From Halorhodospira halophila SL1 (GTDB lineage Bacteria > Pseudomonadota > Gammaproteobacteria > Nitrococcales > Halorhodospiraceae): DNA of 32,000 nt. Location: contig NC_008789.1 of NCBI RefSeq assembly GCF_000015585.1, positions 2,310,001 to 2,342,000 on the forward strand, read 5' to 3'. The notes beneath the pieces were generated by a model, which was not told where the DNA came from, searched no databases, and worked only from the letters and a program-made list of their open reading frames with translations. Below are positions 28,903-32,000 of the stretch, piece by piece. The position numbers and the translations under genes were made by a program. Each line of letters opens with the position of its first letter. Within the stretch, counting starts at the first letter, position 1.

Positions 28903-30351
28903 TTATACGGGAATCACGTCGTACTGGTCGGCCACGTAGAGGGACTCGACCTGCAGCTCGATGGGCCGCTCGATGAACTCTTCAAGCTGCGCCAGGCTGG
29001 TCGACTCCTCGTCAAGGAGCACCTCCACCACCGACGGGGCGGCGAGCACGATCACCCGTTGGGACTCGAACTGGCGCACCTCGCGCAGAATCTCGCGGAA
29101 GATCTCGTAGACCACGGTCTCGGCGCTCTTCACCGTGCCGCGGCCGCGGCAGGTGGGACACGGCTCGCAGGTGACCTGCTCGAGGCTCTCACGGGTGCGC
29201 TTGCGGGTCATCTCCACCAGCCCCAGCGAGGAGACCGCACCGATCTGGGTCTTGGCGTGATCGCGCTCGAGGGCTTTCTCCAGGGCCCGCAAAACCTGGC
29301 GCCGGTGCTCGGCATCGGTCATATCGATGAAGTCGACGATGATGATCCCGCCGAGATTGCGCAGACGCAGCTGCCGGGCGATGGCCTGGGCGGCCTCGAG
29401 GTTGGTCTTGAAGATGGTCTCGTCGACGTTACGGTTACCGACGAAACCGCCGGTGTTCACGTCGATGGTGGTCATCGCCTCGGTCTGGTCGATGATCAGA
29501 TGCCCGCCGGACTTTAGATCCACCCGGCGCGACAGGGCCCGCTCGATCTCCTCCTCGACGCCGTAGAGATCGAAGATCGGCCGCTCACCGGCGTAGAGCT
29601 CCACCCGCTCGGCGATGTGGGGCAGCAGATCCTTGCAGAAGTCGCCCAGGCGCAGGTACCCCTCACGGGAGTCCACGCGCACCCGCTCCAGATCGCGGGT
29701 CGCCAGATCGCGCAGGGCGCGCAGCAGCAACGGCAGATCCTCGTGGACCAGGGTGCCGGGCTGCGCCTCGCCGGCGCGCCGGCGGATGCTCTCCCAAAGC
29801 CGCACCAGGAAGTCGTGGTCGGCCCGCAGGGCCTCCCCGGAGGCCCCCTCGGCCGCGGTGCGAAAGATCAGCCCCGCCTCGCCCCGCTCGGCGTCGAACC
29901 CCTGGGCCACCCCGCGCAACCGCTCGCGCTCGGCCTCCTCCTCGATCCGTGCCGAGACCCCCACCCCGCAGGAGTGAGGGGTGAGCACCAGGTAGCGCGA
30001 GGGCACGGTGATCTGGGTGGTGAGCCGGGCGCCCTTGTTGCCGATCGGATCCTTGATGACCTGCACCAGCAGGGCCTGCTGCTCGCGCAGCAGGCGGTCG
30101 ATGGGGGGCGGGGGGCCTCCCGAGTCCCGCTGCAGGTCCGAGACGTGGAGGAAGGCGGTGCGCTCCAGCCCGGCATCGACGAACGCGGCCTGCATCCCGG
30201 GCAGGACCCGCCGCACCTGGCCCAGGTAGATGTTCCCCACCAGCCCGCGGCGCCGGGCACGCTCCAGGTGGACCTCCTGGAGGACACCGTTTTCGACCAA
30301 CGCCACCCGCGTCTCGCGGGGCGTCAGGTTGATGAGGATCTCCTGGCTCAC
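28903..30351 (-). CDS. rng: Ribonuclease G
   Basis: (V)SQEILINLTPRETRVALVENGVLQEVHLER..GNIYLGQVRRVLPGMQAAFVDAGL aligns with the E. coli RNase G N-terminus. S1 domain plus RNase E/G catalytic core. GTG start. Confidence 0.93.
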   Translation of the reverse strand: MSQEILINLTPRETRVALVENGVLQEVHLERARRRGLVGNIYLGQVRRVLPGMQAAFVDAGLERTAFLHVSDLQRDSGGPPPPIDRLLREQQALLVQVIKDPIGNKGARLTTQITVPSRYLVLTPHSCGVGVSARIEEEAERERLRGVAQGFDAERGEAGLIFRTAAEGASGEALRADHDFLVRLWESIRRRAGEAQPGTLVHEDLPLLLRALRDLATRDLERVRVDSREGYLRLGDFCKDLLPHIAERVELYAGERPIFDLYGVEEEIERALSRRVDLKSGGHLIIDQTEAMTTIDVNTGGFVGNRNVDETIFKTNLEAAQAIARQLRLRNLGGIIIVDFIDMTDAEHRRQVLRALEKALERDHAKTQIGAVSSLGLVEMTRKRTRESLEQVTCEPCPTCRGRGTVKSAETVVYEIFREILREVRQFESQRVIVLAAPSVVEVLLDEESTSLAQLEEFIERPIELQVESLYVADQYDVIPV

Positions 30352-30357
30352 ACGGGC

Positions 30358-30939
30358 CTACCAGCGCTCGCGCCAGGGGATCTCCAGCTTATCGAGCAGG
30401 AGCGTGGTCTCGTAAAGCGGCAGCCCCATGACCCCGGTGTAGCTGCCCTCCAGGTGTTCGACGAAGACCCCGCCGCGCCCCTGGATGGCGTAGGCCCCGG
30501 CCTTGTCGACCGGCTCGCCGCTGGCCCAGTAGCGGGCCCGCTCCTCGGCGGTGATCTCGCGCAGGGTCACCTCGCTGACTGACAGCCGGGTTGCCTCGCG
30601 GTCGTCGACCAGTGCCACCCCAGTCACCACCCGGTGGGTCTGAGCCGACAGGCGCTCGAGCATACCGTGGGCCTCGGCCTCGCTGCCGGGCTTGCCGAAG
30701 ATCTCACCATCGAGGACCACCGCGGTGTCTGCGCCGAGCGCCGGCGCCTGCTGCTCGGCGGCGGCGTAGCCGCGCCGGGCCTTCTCCAGGGCCATGCGCA
30801 GGACGAACATCTCGGCGCCCTCGCCGGGCTCGGGGGTTTCGTCGACGGCCACCGGCAGGGTGTGATAACCGATGCCGATGCGCTCGAGCAGCTCGCGTCG
30901 GCGGGGCGACCCGGATGCGAGAATGATGTAAGGCTCCAT
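30358..30939 (-). CDS. maf: Maf-family nucleoside triphosphate pyrophosphatase (YhdE type)
   Basis: ILASGSPRRRELL, GADTAVVLDG, DKAGAYAIQG, 193 aa. Confidence 0.9.
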   Translation of the reverse strand: MEPYIILASGSPRRRELLERIGIGYHTLPVAVDETPEPGEGAEMFVLRMALEKARRGYAAAEQQAPALGADTAVVLDGEIFGKPGSEAEAHGMLERLSAQTHRVVTGVALVDDREATRLSVSEVTLREITAEERARYWASGEPVDKAGAYAIQGRGGVFVEHLEGSYTGVMGLPLYETTLLLDKLEIPWRERW

Positions 30940-30963
30940 TTCCCTAGACCTTGTGGCGGTGCG

Positions 30964-31428
30964 TCACGATCGATGATACGGATGGCCGCTGAGCAGCGTC
31001 CAGGCACGATAGACCTGCTCGGCCACCAGCACCCGCACCAGCATGTGCGGTAACGTCAGTGGCGACAGCGACCAGCAGGCGTCGGCGCGCTGGCGCACCG
31101 CATCGCTCAGCCCGTCGGCCCCGCCGATGATGAACGCGACCTCGCCGCCCTCATGGCTCCAGCGCTCCAGGCTGCGGGCCCACTGCCGGGTGTCCCGCGG
31201 CGTGCCGCCCTCGTCCAGGGCCACACAGACCGCCCGCGAGGGCAACGCGCGCAGCAGGCGCTCGCCCTCGCGCTCACGGGCCTGTGGGTCGTCATTCCCG
31301 CGCCCGCCGGCGCCAACCTCGTGCAGCTCCAGCCGCCACCCCTTGCCCAGGCGCTGGGCGTAGGTCTCGTGACCGTCGCGCACCCAGCGCGGCGGTTTGT
31401 GGCCTACTGCGACGAGGTGGATGCGCAC
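30964..31428 (-). CDS. rlmH: 23S rRNA (pseudouridine1915-N3)-methyltransferase
   Basis: (V)[22 protein letters not shown] and a SPOUT C-terminus [34 protein letters not shown] at 31428 gives 154 aa. The track ORF extends 33 codons further into rsfS. Confidence 0.85.
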
Positions 31429-31757
31429 GCCTCGTCCATCTCCCACATGCGCTCGAGCCGGTAGAAGTCGCGGCTCTCTTGGGTCATGACGTGCACCACG
31501 GCATCGCCCAGATCGATCAGCACCCACTCGGAGTTGGGCTCGTCGCCCTCGACGCCCAGCGGGGGGAGCCCAACGGCCTTGGCCTCATCCACCAGGTTAC
31601 GCGCCACCGCGTGCACGTGACGACGGGAGGTACCGGTGGTGACCACGATCAGGTCCGTCACCGGCGTACGCCCGCGGACATCGATGGCCACCGTATCCTG
31701 GGCCTTGATCGCGTCCAGGGACTCGCGGATCCGTTGCTCCAGCTCTTCCACCACCAT
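31404..31757 (-). CDS. rsfS: Ribosome silencing factor RsfS (iojap family)
   Basis: [50 protein letters not shown], 117 aa. Confidence 0.9.
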
Positions 31758-31766
31758 GACGACCTC

Positions 31767-32000
31767 TTACAACTGCGGGTAGCCGTACCAGCCCGCCTCG
31801 ACCACCCGCTGCCGCACCGCCTCGGGCAGCAGATAGCGCACGGACCGGCCCAGCGCCAGGGAGCGGCGGATCCCCGTAGCGGAGATATCCACCGGTGTCA
31901 CCGCCTGAAACAGGATGCAACCGGCCGGACGATGGCGCAGCTCGGCCGGCTCGTGCGCAACCCGCCTGGCCACCTCGGTGGCCAGCGCCTCGGGCAGCGC
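31767..32000 (-). CDS. nadD: Nicotinate-nucleotide adenylyltransferase, 3' part (gene continues beyond the window)
   Basis: C-terminal ..PVDISATGIRRSLALGRSVRYLLPEAVRQRVVEAGWY matches the NadD C-terminus. The frame stays open to position 32000, and the gene sits upstream of rsfS-rlmH as in E. coli. Confidence 0.8.
   Translation of the reverse strand, partial: ALPEALATEVARRVAHEPAELRHRPAGCILFQAVTPVDISATGIRRSLALGRSVRYLLPEAVRQRVVEAGWYGYPQL

Noticed and set aside
27148-29517. 789-aa ORF on the plus strand, the longest non-annotated ORF in the window
   Set aside because: It lies entirely antisense to yhdP and rng, whose products have clear family signatures. Its translation is Arg/Gly/Pro/Ala/His/Gln-rich low-complexity sequence with no recognisable domain. 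This is the expected stop-codon-poor mirror frame in GC-rich DNA.
30103-30115. G6-C-G6 run (possible slippage tract or G-quadruplex seed)
   Set aside because: It lies inside rng, encodes the in-frame GGPPPP segment, is short and has no further G-tracts nearby. There is no evidence of phase variation.

Overview
This is a GC-rich, tightly packed core-chromosome segment of a proteobacterium, almost certainly a gammaproteobacterium. I call 39 protein-coding genes (one partial at the right edge) plus one gene relic. I found no rRNA, tRNA, CRISPR array, IS element, integrase, phage or defence-like gene. Left to right: diaA-like SIS gene; sspB-sspA-petC-petB on the minus strand, with the Rieske gene petA reduced to a relic; a NIF3-family gene divergent from a degS/algW-type protease; hisC-hisD-hisG-murA-ibaG-mlaBCDEF on the minus strand; kdsD-kdsC-lptC-lptA-lptB-rpoN-hpf-ptsN-hprK(short)-rapZ-EIIA(Man type)-npr on the plus strand; then pmbA, tldD, a nitrilase-superfamily hydrolase, yhdP, rng, maf, rlmH, rsfS and the 3' part of nadD on the minus strand. 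These blocks match conserved arrangements known from E. coli and Pseudomonas (mlaFEDCB-ibaG-murA; kdsDC-lptCAB-rpoN-hpf-ptsN-rapZ-npr; maf-rng-yhdP-tldD). I see no convincing evidence for a novel accessory system. The best leads are (1) a bc1 operon whose Rieske subunit gene is a roughly 50-codon C-terminal relic while cytochrome b and c1 look intact, (2) an expanded nitrogen-PTS module with an N-terminally truncated single-domain HprK and an orphan mannose-type EIIA, joined by 4-nt overlaps, and (3) a few near-consensus -10/-35 elements and one AT-rich palindrome at gene junctions. Product calls rest on my reading of the supplied translations against family motifs I know, and no database search was run. 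Many start codons were moved inward from the ORF track, which extends to the first ATG, GTG or TTG after a stop. The many long ORFs antisense to these genes are treated as high-GC artefacts.
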